From the NCBI RefSeq assembly GCF_964355755.1, contig NC_092673.1, forward strand, positions 32,051,648-32,115,647: DNA of 64,000 nucleotides. Direction: 5' to 3'. The notes below the pieces were generated by a model. That model did not search any database, was not told where the DNA came from, and was given only the letters and a program-made list of their open reading frames with translations. The DNA comes from Antedon mediterranea (lineage: Eukaryota > Animalia > Echinodermata). The position numbers and the translations under genes were made by a program. Below, piece after piece: positions 12,560 through 25,117 of this stretch; positions within the stretch are counted from its first letter, which is position 1; each line of letters opens with the position of its first letter.

Positions 12560-13864
12560 TCTATATATAAATTTACGTAAGGGCAAAAATTGGTAAATCG
12601 TGCGTTATTTCTAAAATGTTTACTCGATGGTATATAAAGTTGGTTCGTACTTTCGGTACTAATTTTAACCACCTGATGTAACCCTGTTTACTAATTAAAT
12701 TGAGTTCGATAATTAGTTATTGACAATTAAAACGAATTTAGGTTCAACGATTTGCCCCAAATAGGGGTGTTTTCCGATCGTGGTATACACTGTCTAATGG
12801 ATGTCAATTTGAAAAATACCCGCACACAATAATACGAGGACACTTCGCATTTTCCTATCTCCTCCTACGATAATTGTTTTTAATAGCTGAAAACCGGTTG
12901 AACAGTTCGAGTACAGCATCATAATGTTGAAGACAGGCCGATTTTCTTTAAAAAAATGCTATTTTGATACATGTAATATACGTTTTTACAAATGTATTGA
13001 TTTGTGATGAATGGAACATTCCAAATTATTTGGTTTAACCATAGAGGTATAGATTTAGATTTATGGGCCCCCTTGGAGAATAAACATAAATAGTATTGCA
13101 ATGCTGTACAATACTGTTAATTAGGTATTAACCACTTTTGATCGCAATTTGAATCGCAAATGTCTTACTGTGAGTGTTGATACTGTTAGATATAATATAA
13201 ACAAATATACAAATAAACTTTATTACTGTGAGTGTGGGTAGGCCCTACTGTTAGATTATAAACATATAATATACAAATAAATAAACGTTATTATTGACAG
13301 TTGCTTCTCAACGTTTGTAATAATTAATAATTTAAAAATATATAAACGTACGTAGTGGTGTATTGTTACATGTACTTTACTATTTCAATCGACTATGACA
13401 GTGAGAGTTTTAACAAAGTATTAAATCGTAAATGTTTTACTGTATTTAGTGGTATATTATTTATACTGTAGGCCTATAAAACATTAAAAACAATATTTCG
13501 TTACTGAGTGGATAAGAATATATTTTAAAATGTTTCCTCTTTGTACCTATCTTTTCCCCCATCCCTCAACCCTTAATGTTACATACAAATCACAAATTGG
13601 GTTTGTTTAAATGAGTCCAAAAAAAAAAAATTTGACTCATTTTGTTTCTCTCTCGGAAGTAATTCCCAGGAGGGTGCTAATTTTAGCTGACTACATAAAT
13701 CATCGTGTATATTTATTCGTTTCTGTAAACGACAATGTATTATAGTCCTGCAGTACGTACATTTGAAATCTCCATTTTTTTCTCGCTGGAAAATACTGTG
13801 TATTCGAGAACCATCTGTGGGCACGACCTAGATGGTACGCGAGCGAAGCGAGCGTGCCATCTAG
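12560..13864 (+). mobile_element. Non-autonomous Helitron, copy 2
   Basis: A|TCTATATATAAATTTACG start; hairpin GATGGTACGCGAGCGAAGCGAGCGTGCCATC then CTAG|T; no TSD. Confidence 0.88.
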
Positions 13865-14336
13865 TATTGTAAATTACAGTACATGTTACCATAGTTATTA
13901 TAGTGTACTCTATTTTTAGGGGGTTGCCCACAAGTCCAGGGCCGTCGATAGTGATTTTGTTAACCACCCCTAGATGGCCGGAAATGGTACACTCGCATGT
14001 AAAATTCATAAATGGCACATCTAGCTCGCCGTAAATGACACTCTATATCGGAACAATAATAGAGAGCTTTCGCTATCACGGATCGGGAACGAGAACCAGC
14101 ATTAATTACCGGTTCTCGATCTCGTACTCGTTTTAAGAACATTGTAGTTTCGTATCCTCGATCACCGATAATATGAAAACTATAGGTGGCAGCAGAGTTC
14201 TGATACGCTTCAAAGCAGACGATATAAACAAAAACAAACTACTGTAGGCGTACTTTAGTAGTAGTACTGTGTACACTCGATCGTAACTAATCTAGCCTAG
14301 GCCCAGGTCCTAGAGTACTATTAAAGCAACGTGAAA

Positions 14337-15414
14337 ATGGCCGAAAATTTGGTTGATTTTGCCATTGATAATCATGATGAGGATCTATTACAGTACGCTT
14401 TAGATAGACAGGTATTTGAAAGAAATTCATCAACTTTTGATGTCAATTACGAACGTTTCAATCTTGACAATTTATCTAATGCCCAGTGCGTTGATAAATT
14501 TCGGTTTTCAAAGGAAAACATCCGGAGGTTGATAAGAGTTCTTCGTCTGCCAGTAAACATTGTATGCAGAAACAATTGCATTGATTGTTGCTGCAGAAGA
14601 TGCTCTCTGCATGATATTAAGACGCCTTGCATTTCCTAATAGACTCACTGATCTTGAACAATTATTTGGAAGGCCTTCATCCACTCTATCCTTAGCCATC
14701 AATGAAACCATTGATTTAATTTACACTGAACACAATCACTTACTTACTCAATTAGACCAACCATGGCTCGATGAAGATCATCTATCATTCTACTATGAGC
14801 TGATTCATGCAAAGGGTGCACCACTGAATAACTGTTTTGAATTTATAGATGGGACTGTACGTGCCATATGCCGTCCTACACGTTTTCAACGTGCTGTCTT
14901 CAATGGACACAAAAGAGTTCATGCTTTGAAGTTTCAGTCAATTGTTCTTCCAAACGGGCTAATTGGAAATCTATATGGTCCAGTTGAAGGACGTCGGCAT
15001 GATGCAGGGTTTTTAAGAGAAAGTGGCATTCAAGACCAACTTAGTGCCTTGCCACAAACTCAAGAGGGAGGTCATTACTGCTTGTATGGAGATCCAGCGT
15101 ATCCTATACGCCCATGGCTGATTTCACCATTCAGACAAGGAGCTGCTAACTTAGATCAGCGTCAGCAGGAGTTCAATAATGCTGCCATGTCTTCTGTACG
15201 TGTTTGTGTGGAGTGGGTATTTGGAAAGATACTACAGAACTGGGCTTTTGTGGACTTCAAGAAAGACCTTAAGATGTTTTTACAACCAGTGGCAAAATAC
15301 TATATTGTGGCTGGTTTGCTAACCAATTGTCATACTTGTTTGTATGGGTCAGTAACTGGATCATTTTTTGAAGTCGAACCCCCAACACTCGAGGAGTATT
15401 TGGGCAACGCTTAA
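14337..15414 (+). pseudogene. Harbinger/HARBI1-like DDE transposase with one frameshift near 14575
   Basis: FRFSKENIRRL in one frame, then FIDGT...YCLYGDPAY...RVCVEWVFG in another. Confidence 0.9.
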
Positions 15415-15551
15415 TTAATTGAAAACTATAATAGATCCTCAACATAATTATCAATTGCAAAATGTATTTATTGCACTACTACTACCATAGGTCAAAATTA
15501 CTTTTCAATTACTATATTTATAAACAGTCTACTATGCTAAATTTCATATTT

Positions 15552-16095
15552 ATGTATTGTCCCTTGAAACACAAAAAAATAAAGGTAAAAATATTCTAAA
15601 TTTAAAGTGGCCATATCAAAGTAATATTAAAGTTATTCACTTTAAGTTGAAAATTCGAGCCAAAAACAACAAGTTTACGTAATAACAGGTAAATTGGTTT
15701 GATTACGTTTCATCTGGAAAATCGTCGCGAGCGAAAGTAAACAAAGATTTCACACCATGTGTACGCATTATGCATATGCTAATTAGGATTGTTTACAACT
15801 CGACATGGTTGAGAAGGTATTTTCACACAGATCATAAGGAGTTTTATGATTATGCATACAGAGTAGCCAAACAAGCGCGTTTCATTATGGGATATGTTTT
15901 GATCGAAAACTTTGACTGGAAGTCAGAGTTATTTTCTTAACAAAAAACGTCTGTATTTCAGTTTAATGATTTTTTTTTTTAAACATTTTTTTGGTGATAG
16001 TTAATAATTATTATGATACTTCAAAATGAGCCACCTTTTTTTCGAAATCTTTAATTTTTAATTTTTTTGGAATTAGTCAAAGGGACAATACATCT
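15552..16095. mobile_element. Kolobok-like MITE nested between Harbinger genes
   Basis: Inverted ATGTATTGTCCCTT / AAGGGACAATACATCT followed by TTAA on the right; left end eroded. Confidence 0.5.
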
Positions 16096-16150
16096 TTAAT
16101 ATATAAATAATTAATGTTTATTAGTTGAATAGTGAGAATAAATAAATTAT

Positions 16151-17953
16151 TTATTGGCAAATGCCTTCAAACACTCTATTAGTGCGCGCGCCCCTCTCTT
16201 CTTTTTCTCTCTCTCTTCTGAAAACCGCCTCCTCCCTCTGCAACTGCAGCTCTTGCCTTCTAACCTCCAACTCCCTTTCCTTAAGATCCAGTTCTCTATT
16301 CTTCATAGTTGTATAATTATGAAGTGAATTTGTCTTCAGCTTTTTTTTTTTCACTGGTTTTATCTGCCATAAAATATAAAAACAAAGTACAGTATAACAC
16401 CATTATAAATTTTGAAAGTATTAACCCTTTCTGAAGATGTTTAGGAAAAAAGTCTGGGTTTTCAGTTTTATGACATAATTTGTAATGATATATTTTAAAA
16501 TATAAAATATGGGACCAATCAAATAGATTTTTTTTTTCACTGAATGAGGTTTTACATATGATTTTGCTAATCATTGCTGTGTCACCACCCAGGGTAAAAT
16601 GTTCATGCTTGTTTTCAAAGAGTTAAAGTTTATAATTACTTTAACTTTATATATATTACCTCTATTTACTGGACCCAATGTTTCCAATGCTCTTTTTCTA
16701 ATTTCTAAACCTGATTCAAACAACACCTCTGATTTAGTATTTTGCTTGATTTGTTGCTTCGGGCTCTCATCCTTCAGGGTAGTTTGTTCTGTTAACAGCT
16801 GTTCTCTCTCCGAATATTCTTCAGCACATCCCAATCTGTAAAATTACATTGAATTTCTGGTAATTTAAAAGCAGGTTAATGAAAACTTTATACATACATT
16901 TATTTATTTAGCACAGTGGGTGAAAAGTATTATTACCTTTTTTTATGCAGATGTCCTTATTTTGTAGACATTAGAAAAGCTTACATACCTCATTTTTACT
17001 TTATGTTTCCAAATAGTTATGTTAACTATGAAGAATTCATAAATACACTTACTTTCTTAGTGATTCTAACTGCTGCGACTTAAATATCCTCAAGAGCGTT
17101 TCAACCCTCTCTTTAACTGATCTCGTGTTTACCTGCAAGGTGGATGGACGAAACACCTTGAGGGCAACATTGAAATTTGAAGCCACATCGTTCCATTTTT
17201 CTCCATTTTCATAAGGGTTTAGTGACAAGACCTCCTTCAGCAGCATTATGTCCGTTGCTGCGCAATACCTTATGGTTTTTTTGCTATAAAGAAATAAAAG
17301 TTATTATATGATTTCAACTATTTTCATAATACTAATAGACCATTCAGTGTTTTTAACACTCATTATTAATTTTAGGCCTATACAGAAAAGTTCCATAACG
17401 AAAATAATCAATAATCGATCGAATAATTGATCATTTTAAATGACGAATTAGGCCTACCTATTTTCTTTCTGACCCAGTCCAAGCTCTTTATTTAACAGCT
17501 CCTGTTAATTAAAATTGTAAATATTTTGGTGGAGAATATAATATTTTTACAGCTAATTAGTAATTAGGCCTAGCCTAGGCCTAGTTATAAGTTAGGCCCT
17601 AGCTGTTTAATAAATTATACACGCCATTAGTGACTAGCCTAAGCCTAGTAGTATTAGTAAGTAGGATCGGAGGCCCTGGCACCTACAACGTCTAAACTAG
17701 CCTAGGCCTAGGCTAGTTTAGGCCGCCTCCTCCTCTAGCTAGGCGTAGGCTAGCCTAGGCCTAAACTAAATGTTTTCTGACTAGGCCTATGCCTAGCCTG
17801 CGGGCAGGCCTACCTAGGCCTGGGCCTACCGAAAGTTCACAAATATATAATTTAGATTAGTGTTGAGATGAGTCTAATTCTTATTTTAATAACTTATATC
17901 AGGAAAAGTACATGAAACGTTTTTTGCTATTGGTCAAAAGTTTAACTCACCAT
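16151..17953 (-). pseudogene. Harbinger accessory Myb/SANT-like coiled-coil gene (spliced)
   Basis: Exon-like pieces LLKEVLSLNPY..KWNDVA..RSVKERVETLL (17053-17285), GCAEEYSEREQLL (~16650-16837), ELDLKERELE coiled coil (16151-16370); ATG+GTGAGT at 17951-17953. Confidence 0.75.
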
Positions 17954-19698
17954 GTCGCGACGTCGTGTATTTCTCGATTTGGCAGACGAGAACCAGCTCC
18001 TGTATCGGGCCGGCTAAACTACGAGCATTAGTTAATTAAAATTTCACATAAACTAATGACGTCATACACAAAAAAACCTTTACTTTCTCGGCGGCTCGTT
18101 CCCGATCGAGATACCGAAAGCTCTCTAATATCATCGTACCCCGCCGAGTTTTTTCCGCCGATAAAGTACGCGAGTAATATCATTTTTTGTGCGTTCAATG
18201 CAAACGTCAGAGGAAGTCCTCGACGAAGGTACTTCCGCTAAGTTAATAAATTCTGGCAATTATAATCAATACAAATTAATTATTATCAATTAATAAATAA
18301 AAAAAGTTAGACAATAATATGAAGTTGCTGCTATAAATATATTGAGAAAAAATTGTATTGTTTTGATAAATAAGTCAGTTAGACCACAATTTACAAAATT
18401 CATTTTCATTTATCCACTATAGACAGTAGTAACAGTACAAAAGTGTTGCTTAAACTACACTTCAGAAAAGAAAATATGATCGAAATTTGCAGAAAGATGC
18501 AATTAAACACTGTTATTTCAAAGTTCGGAACGTCCGTAATTACTATTGGCCCAATATTACGGACATGAAATAACGATAAGTCTATAAGACTATAGAGATA
18601 CCGTACTTAAATGATAGGGAATTCCCAGCAAAATGCAATGATGATGGACAAATCAATGACCAATATGATGGGGTTTTCCACGAACACAGTGTGTAGTGGC
18701 ATTTCGTACCTTTTCATGACGCACACAAGCAATCCAAACAGTTATTCTGAGCATGTTTAGAAAAATTAAGCTGACCGCCGGTAAATTGACTGCTGGTTGA
18801 TTTGACGCTGCAGTTTATCAATTTACATAGGCTCTGTTACAGCTTGAGTACGACGCATTTGGCGTCCCATACTTTATTTTTAAATTACCTTTCTTGCTTC
18901 TCATGTTACCGAGGTTACTGTGTTGTTTTCTCCGAAAGAGAGCAGTCATCTTCACCATGTTTCATTCCAAAAGGCATAGTCGCAGATAGATGTATGTTTT
19001 TATATGCTTTTAATTATTATCATACATTTAATTAATAACTTAGGAATCATATGACGTAAGATTTAGTATTTGTAACTTTATAGTTTTCTTTATTTTGTAA
19101 GTTTAAGTTTCGAGCATCCTTGATTGTTACCATCCATTGTGTACAGCATTATGCTAGCCTAAAAGATGCGATTAGCGCTGTTCGCCCGACTATATAGATT
19201 AGTTGGAAGCTTTTAATTATGTTATAACTTTATATATTATGATTGACATTCATCGTATTCTGTGGTAGATTTACCCACGATATTGTAGTTTATGTGATCA
19301 ACATTTTAGTAGTTCATGTGTAGTTAGTTTAGCTATGTAATTGGAAACTTATATTTCAATATAGAATTCTTCATGGATAGACCATGTGAGTTATCACGGC
19401 GTGCAGAATTATGTTCGTTACGCTTGACTGAGCACAAGTAGTGCGCAGCTGCAGAATAGGCCAATAAGATTGTTTATATGTTATATAAAGGAATCGACTA
19501 TAGAAATCATCAGTATGCACAATACAGTGCTTAATTAGTATTTTGATGTTAATTCTTGTTTATTTTTTCTATTAAATTTCAGTTAAAACCGTTTGACACA
19601 ATAACGCGTTACAAGTTTCTGTTATTTGCCTTTTACACGTGACTGGAGGTCACATTTTAAGTTTTAAATCTTTGTGAGTGGAAACTTGCAAGAATACG

Positions 19699-21750
19699 AT
19701 GTCACAAGCGGGATCGTCAGTGAGCAGGAGTGGTAGTCATGTGAGCATAAGCCATGCTCGTGCGAGAGCTGATTTGGCCATGGCAAAGGCACGTGTTGAA
19801 TTTGCTAAGAAGAAAGTTTCTCTATTAAGAATCAAAGCTATAGCTGAGGCAGACGTTCAACTGTTAAATGCAGAAGAAGATGAGGCAGTTTGTCAGGCAA
19901 GAGCAGACTCCTATTTGCAATCATCTGAAGATGATGATTATGATTTCGACACCTACAGCGTGTGCGATGATGTCAGCGATGTGATGAGCAAAGAGTCTAG
20001 TATTGAATCTCTTGAACCAATTCAATCTTCATCACACCTCGACCCTGAACAATTACCATCACCATTGTTGAACAAAGTACCTGAATACAAGCCAATACCA
20101 CCACCACCATTATTTACCCAAATTAAAGATTACAAGCCAGCTTCACCACCACCACTGATGAAATTTGCTCCACCTCTACCAAACCTTGACCAATTACCAC
20201 CAACATTGTTGAAGAAGAAACTCTGTCGGAACTGTTTAACGCATGGACATTTTGTTTCTTTGTGCCCGAAGAACAGTTTTTGCAAAAATTGTACCCTGAA
20301 ACATTCGGGCTTCCTTCATACTCCAAAACGACCTGTTAGAGCTGATGCTAATGCGACTGCACATGCAGCAGCAGTTCCAACTCCAGATCAAAGTAGTAGT
20401 GCAATCACCACTCAACTCAATAATTCAAGGTCATCAATGGCAGTTAACGGAAATGCGACACGAGTAGGTCTAGCTGTAGTACCTGTCAAAGTAAGGTGCC
20501 CAGGAACCAGAAAGACAATCAAAACGTACGCATTTTTGGACAATGGATCAACTGCAACCTTCTGCACAGACGCCCTAGCTCACAAATTAAATGCGAAAGG
20601 CAAGAGAGTCCAGTTAAAATTAACCACAGTAAACGGTCAATCATCATCGGAATGCAACCTCATCTCATTAGAAATTTCAACCCTGAATGGTGATGCAGTC
20701 TTTACAGCACCAAACGTTCACACAAAACCAAAATTGCCAGTCTTAAAAAGTGCAATTGCCACGATAGATGATATTAAGAATTGGGTGCACCTGGAAGGGG
20801 TAAACATAGATACCATTGATGCAAATGTTGATTTGCTGATTGGGGGAGACCTACCAGAACTACACCAACCATATGAAGTGAAACCAGCTATGAATGGTGG
20901 GCCATACGCCACACGAACAGCTCTTGGTTGGGTTGTGAATGGTCCGTTGACTTCAACTAGATGCCAAGTTCAAAACTGCAATTTTATCTGTGCAGAACCA
21001 CTGGAAGAGCAGTTTAAGCAATTTTGTAACATTGAGTTCAATAATATCCCAACTGAGAAGACAGTTATGTCTCGGAACGACCTTCAAGCACTACAGATGA
21101 TGCAAGCATCGACTAAATTCAAAAACGGCCATTACCAAGTATCGATGCCATGGAAAAGCCCACCTGAGGAATTTCCAAACAACAAGGCTGTGGCGCTGAA
21201 AAGACTCAATCTTCTAAAATCTAGGCTGATCAAGGACAGTACACTTCACACGAAGTACACACAATTTATGAACGACCTGTTGTTAAAGGGCTACGCAGAA
21301 AAGGCGTTGCAGAAAGACCAACCTAGATGGTATTTGCCACACCATCCGGTGTTGAACCCACAAAAGCCAGGAAAGGTTCGAGTAGTGTTCGATGGGTCAG
21401 CTAAGTATCAAGGTGTTTGCTTAAATGATAAACTTTACCAAGGTCCTGATCTTACAAACACATTAGTCGGCGTACTACTGCGCTTTCGTCTGGGACCCAT
21501 CGCCTTTGCAGCGGACATCGAAAAGATGTTCTACCAAGTAAAGGTTGGAGAGACTGATAGTCACTACCTATCACACTTATGGTGGGAAGACGGCAATCTG
21601 AATATGAACCCACAAGAGTACCAGATGGTTGTACATCTTTTCGGAGGAAAGTCTTCACCTAGTTGTTCCAATTTTGCTCTCCGGAAGGTTGCCAAAGACC
21701 ATGCGGATGATTTTGATCCTGTTGTAACTAACGCAGTCAACAACAACTTT
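19699..21750 (+). pseudogene. BEL gag-pol 5' part (zinc knuckles, aspartic protease, RT N-half)
   Basis: CRNC..HGH...C / CKNC..KH; AFLDNGS; YLPHHPV, RVVFDGS, ADIEKMF; ends at NNF before YVDD. Confidence 0.93.
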
Positions 21751-21754
21751 TAAA

Positions 21755-24700
21755 GATATAAAGATATACTTTTATATTTAAGAAATTGACCTTTGTATCG
21801 GAATTCAGATAGGTTCACAAACTTGACCCAGAAAGTCCGAAGGAGAGTTTGTCCAGATGTTTTAATGACCATTTAGTTTATAATAGAATCCCTAAAGAAA
21901 ACACTTAGCTTAATTTTGTGACTTTCCCATCGTTAAAACCAGGAGTGATTGACACTATTTAAGTACAGATTTGACAGTGTCATCCATCACAGAAATACCT
22001 TATGATACCGTTAATCACTCCCACTTAAACACCCCTGGATCAACTTAGGACCAATCGTTACCCTCACAGATGATGTAATGACATTATGCAAATGAACTGA
22101 GCCAATATACCCCCAAGTTTCAGAAGGGCCCAGACACATCTTACAACCACGCCACGGAACACACACCATACAGCCACTTCTCCAGAAGCAGACCTACACA
22201 CTTCACACCTCACTGACAGCATCATTGAATGTCCGTTCCTTATGTATACTTATAGTTGTATATTGTACTGAAGTATTACACTGAATAAATAATATATGTG
22301 TTACGACAGTCAAGCGAGTCAGAGTCCTTCATTAGTACCTCAACAACGAAACATTATATTACATGGTGGAAGACCCAAATTTCATAAGGAACGGAGTGAG
22401 AAAACAAGAAATAAACACTTAACAAGACACGAAGACGAAGACGAAGACAAAAATAACCATATTTGTTTGAAAGGAGAGAAATTTACTTTGACTCAAAAGA
22501 CAAGCTGAAATTATATTTGAATGAGATCGAGACAAGCAGAAATTTGATCAAATTATTACCATTGGATGAAGACAAAAAAAGATAATCGAGGAAGTAAGCT
22601 GAAATTATATTTGAATGAAATCGAGACAAGCAGAAATTTTATGAAATTATAACCATTGGATAAAGACAAAGAAGATAATCGAGGAAGACCCAAGAAGAAT
22701 CAAAACAGAAGCAAGCGGACAAGAACTGTTTCGTTTAGAGACTTTCAACTTCACGCCGTTTTTTTCGATCGTTTTTTAACATTTACTTTTTGACCATTTT
22801 GAACATTGATGAACACCTATCGCATTTTTTTTAATTCGTTGTTTGAAAATTTGAACATTGATGAGCACCTTTAACATTTTTTTAATTCGTTGTTTGAACA
22901 TTTAGACATTTTTGAACACTTTTTGCATTCCTTTAATTCATTTTTAATTGGATCCGAAGCATTTGGGGTAAGTCAAAACCATTTTGATTTTTGATTTGTA
23001 ACCTTTATTGAAAAAGTGAGAGTTTACATATATACACACTAAAATTGTTTTTTAAATTGTTAAAATAATTGTTGAATAAACCCGCCGATAATAACGATAA
23101 AATCCAAAACACCATTAATGTAGTAAATGACGAAATCAATGTTGAATTTGTAGACGAACACGATAGGACACCCACCCAATTGCAATCAGATACCCTTACA
23201 CATCCAACTAAAGTAGAACCCCTTAACTTGCAACCTTACATTGACTGTGTAGAGAATAACATGGGATTAGCAGCCCCATTCCAAATGAAAGAAGAACAAA
23301 TAAAGGAACAAACTAATTTAATTATGACAGCACCTAATGATTCAAATATGACATTAAACCGAGGTAGATTTAAAGCAGGACATTTCCAAGTTTTAGTTTC
23401 ATATTCTAAACCGACTTCAGCCAAACGCAACACTGATGAAACAAAACAAGAATCTAATGATCGCAAATTTTGGTGGAATATTGACAGATATAACGATACA
23501 GATAAATTGATTAAAGAGATCATTAATGATAAACAGATACCGATAAGTGGATCGCCAAAACGATTCATAAAACGTTTGTATAATGCAACGAATTACTGAT
23601 TTAATTTTTTTGCAAGATTATTTTTAAATTACGACATTTGCTAAATTATTGATAGCATAGTCTACGTATTTGATGAGATTTGTTTAATAATGATGTGATT
23701 TCAGTTAAAAGAGAATTGAATTTATGTTTAAGTATTGATTTTGTAACGAGTTTTTTGATAAAGATTAATTTTGAATTTTTATGATCGATATATTGAGATA
23801 TTGAAAAGAACGACAATCATTTTGTAACAAATATTTTGTTGAACCTTTGAGTCGTTAATCTCAAGCATTAATTAATTGATATACAATAACAGGAGATTTT
23901 CTTAGTACTTTTAATTGTAATTTTTTTAACATTGAGTACAAAAGTCGAATTTGCCGACCGATTGAAATCGTAATTACCTGTAAATATATATGCTTAAATC
24001 GATAAAGTTGTGACGATAACGATATATTGTGGATAAGTTTGTGTCAACGGGACACACACATTTGTTTCTTTAAAGTTTTAAGTGATTAAGTTTGATATTT
24101 TGATTTTAGGCTAATCAGCCACAGTTTCTTGAGTTTTATGTTTTAATTTGATGATTTATGTTTGAAGACCATTAGAACGCGATGAGTTGTCGCACGATTT
24201 GATGTATGTTCAATGTAACATACTATTTTTAAGTTTTGTAATTTTATTTTTAACTGATTTATGTTTGATTTACGCGAATTTTTATACCAAATTCATTTTT
24301 AATTTCATTTTTTAAGAGAGAGAAGAGAGAGAGTGAAAGTGATAAGGTTACACTTCAGAGTCAGTGGTTTTGGCTAACTCAATTTTTGCATATATGTATA
24401 ATAATGTTTTTTTTTCTTTTATATAACTTTAATTTTGCATGCCACTATTATAACCATTTTTATATGTTAAATAGATTAAAAAAAAAAGAAAGGGAAACAG
24501 AGGGATGTGATATAAAGATATACTTTTATATTTAAGAAATTGACCTTTGTATCGGAATTCAGATAGGTTCACAAACTTGACCCAGAAAGTCCGAAGGAGA
24601 GTTTGTCCAGATGTTTTAATGACCATTTAGTTTATAATAGAATCCCTAAAGAAAACACTTAGCTTAATTTTGTGACTTTCCCATCGTTAAAACCAGGAGT

Positions 24701-25117
24701 GATTGACACTATTTAAGTACAGATTTGACAGTGTCATCCATCACAGAAATACCTTATGATACCGTTAATCACTCCCACTTAAACACCCCTGGATCAACTT
24801 AGGACCAATCGTTACCCTCACAGATGATGTAATGACATTATGCAAATGAACTGAGCCAATATACCCCCAAGTTTCAGAAGGGCCCAGACACATCTTACAA
24901 CCACGCCACGGAACACACACCATACAGCCACTTCTCCAGAAGCAGACCTACACACTTCACACCTCACTGACAGCATCATTGAATGTCCGTTCCTTATGTA
25001 TACTTATAGTTGTATATTGTACTGAAGTATTACACTGAATAAATAATATATGTGTTACGACAGTCAAGCGAGTCAGAGTCCTTCATTAGTACCTCAACAA
25101 CGAAACATTATATTACA
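21755..25117 (+). mobile_element. Nested non-autonomous LTR retroelement (LARD/TRIM-like)
   Basis: Direct repeats 21755-22363 and 24506-25117 (no differences noticed apart from the missing 5' TGT); PBS-like TGGTGGAG at 22364; PPT AAAGGGAAACAGAGGGA; no RT/IN; residual ORF 23069-23599. Confidence 0.92.

Larger units (their letters stand above)
14061..18126 (+). mobile_element. PIF/Harbinger DNA transposon, full-length two-gene element
   Basis: TIR AGAGAGCTTTCG... / ...CGAAAGCTCTCT; 3-bp TSD AAT; convergent transposase and accessory gene. Confidence 0.92.

Noticed and set aside
18802-19035. Small ORFs in BEL LTRs and many other <120-aa ORFs in the track
   Set aside because: Antisense shadows or AT-rich random frames with no motifs
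25052-25117. LTR-derived new start for the BEL pol C-half
   Set aside because: GTG start in LTR sequence gives TVDD without the RT N-half; chance open frame
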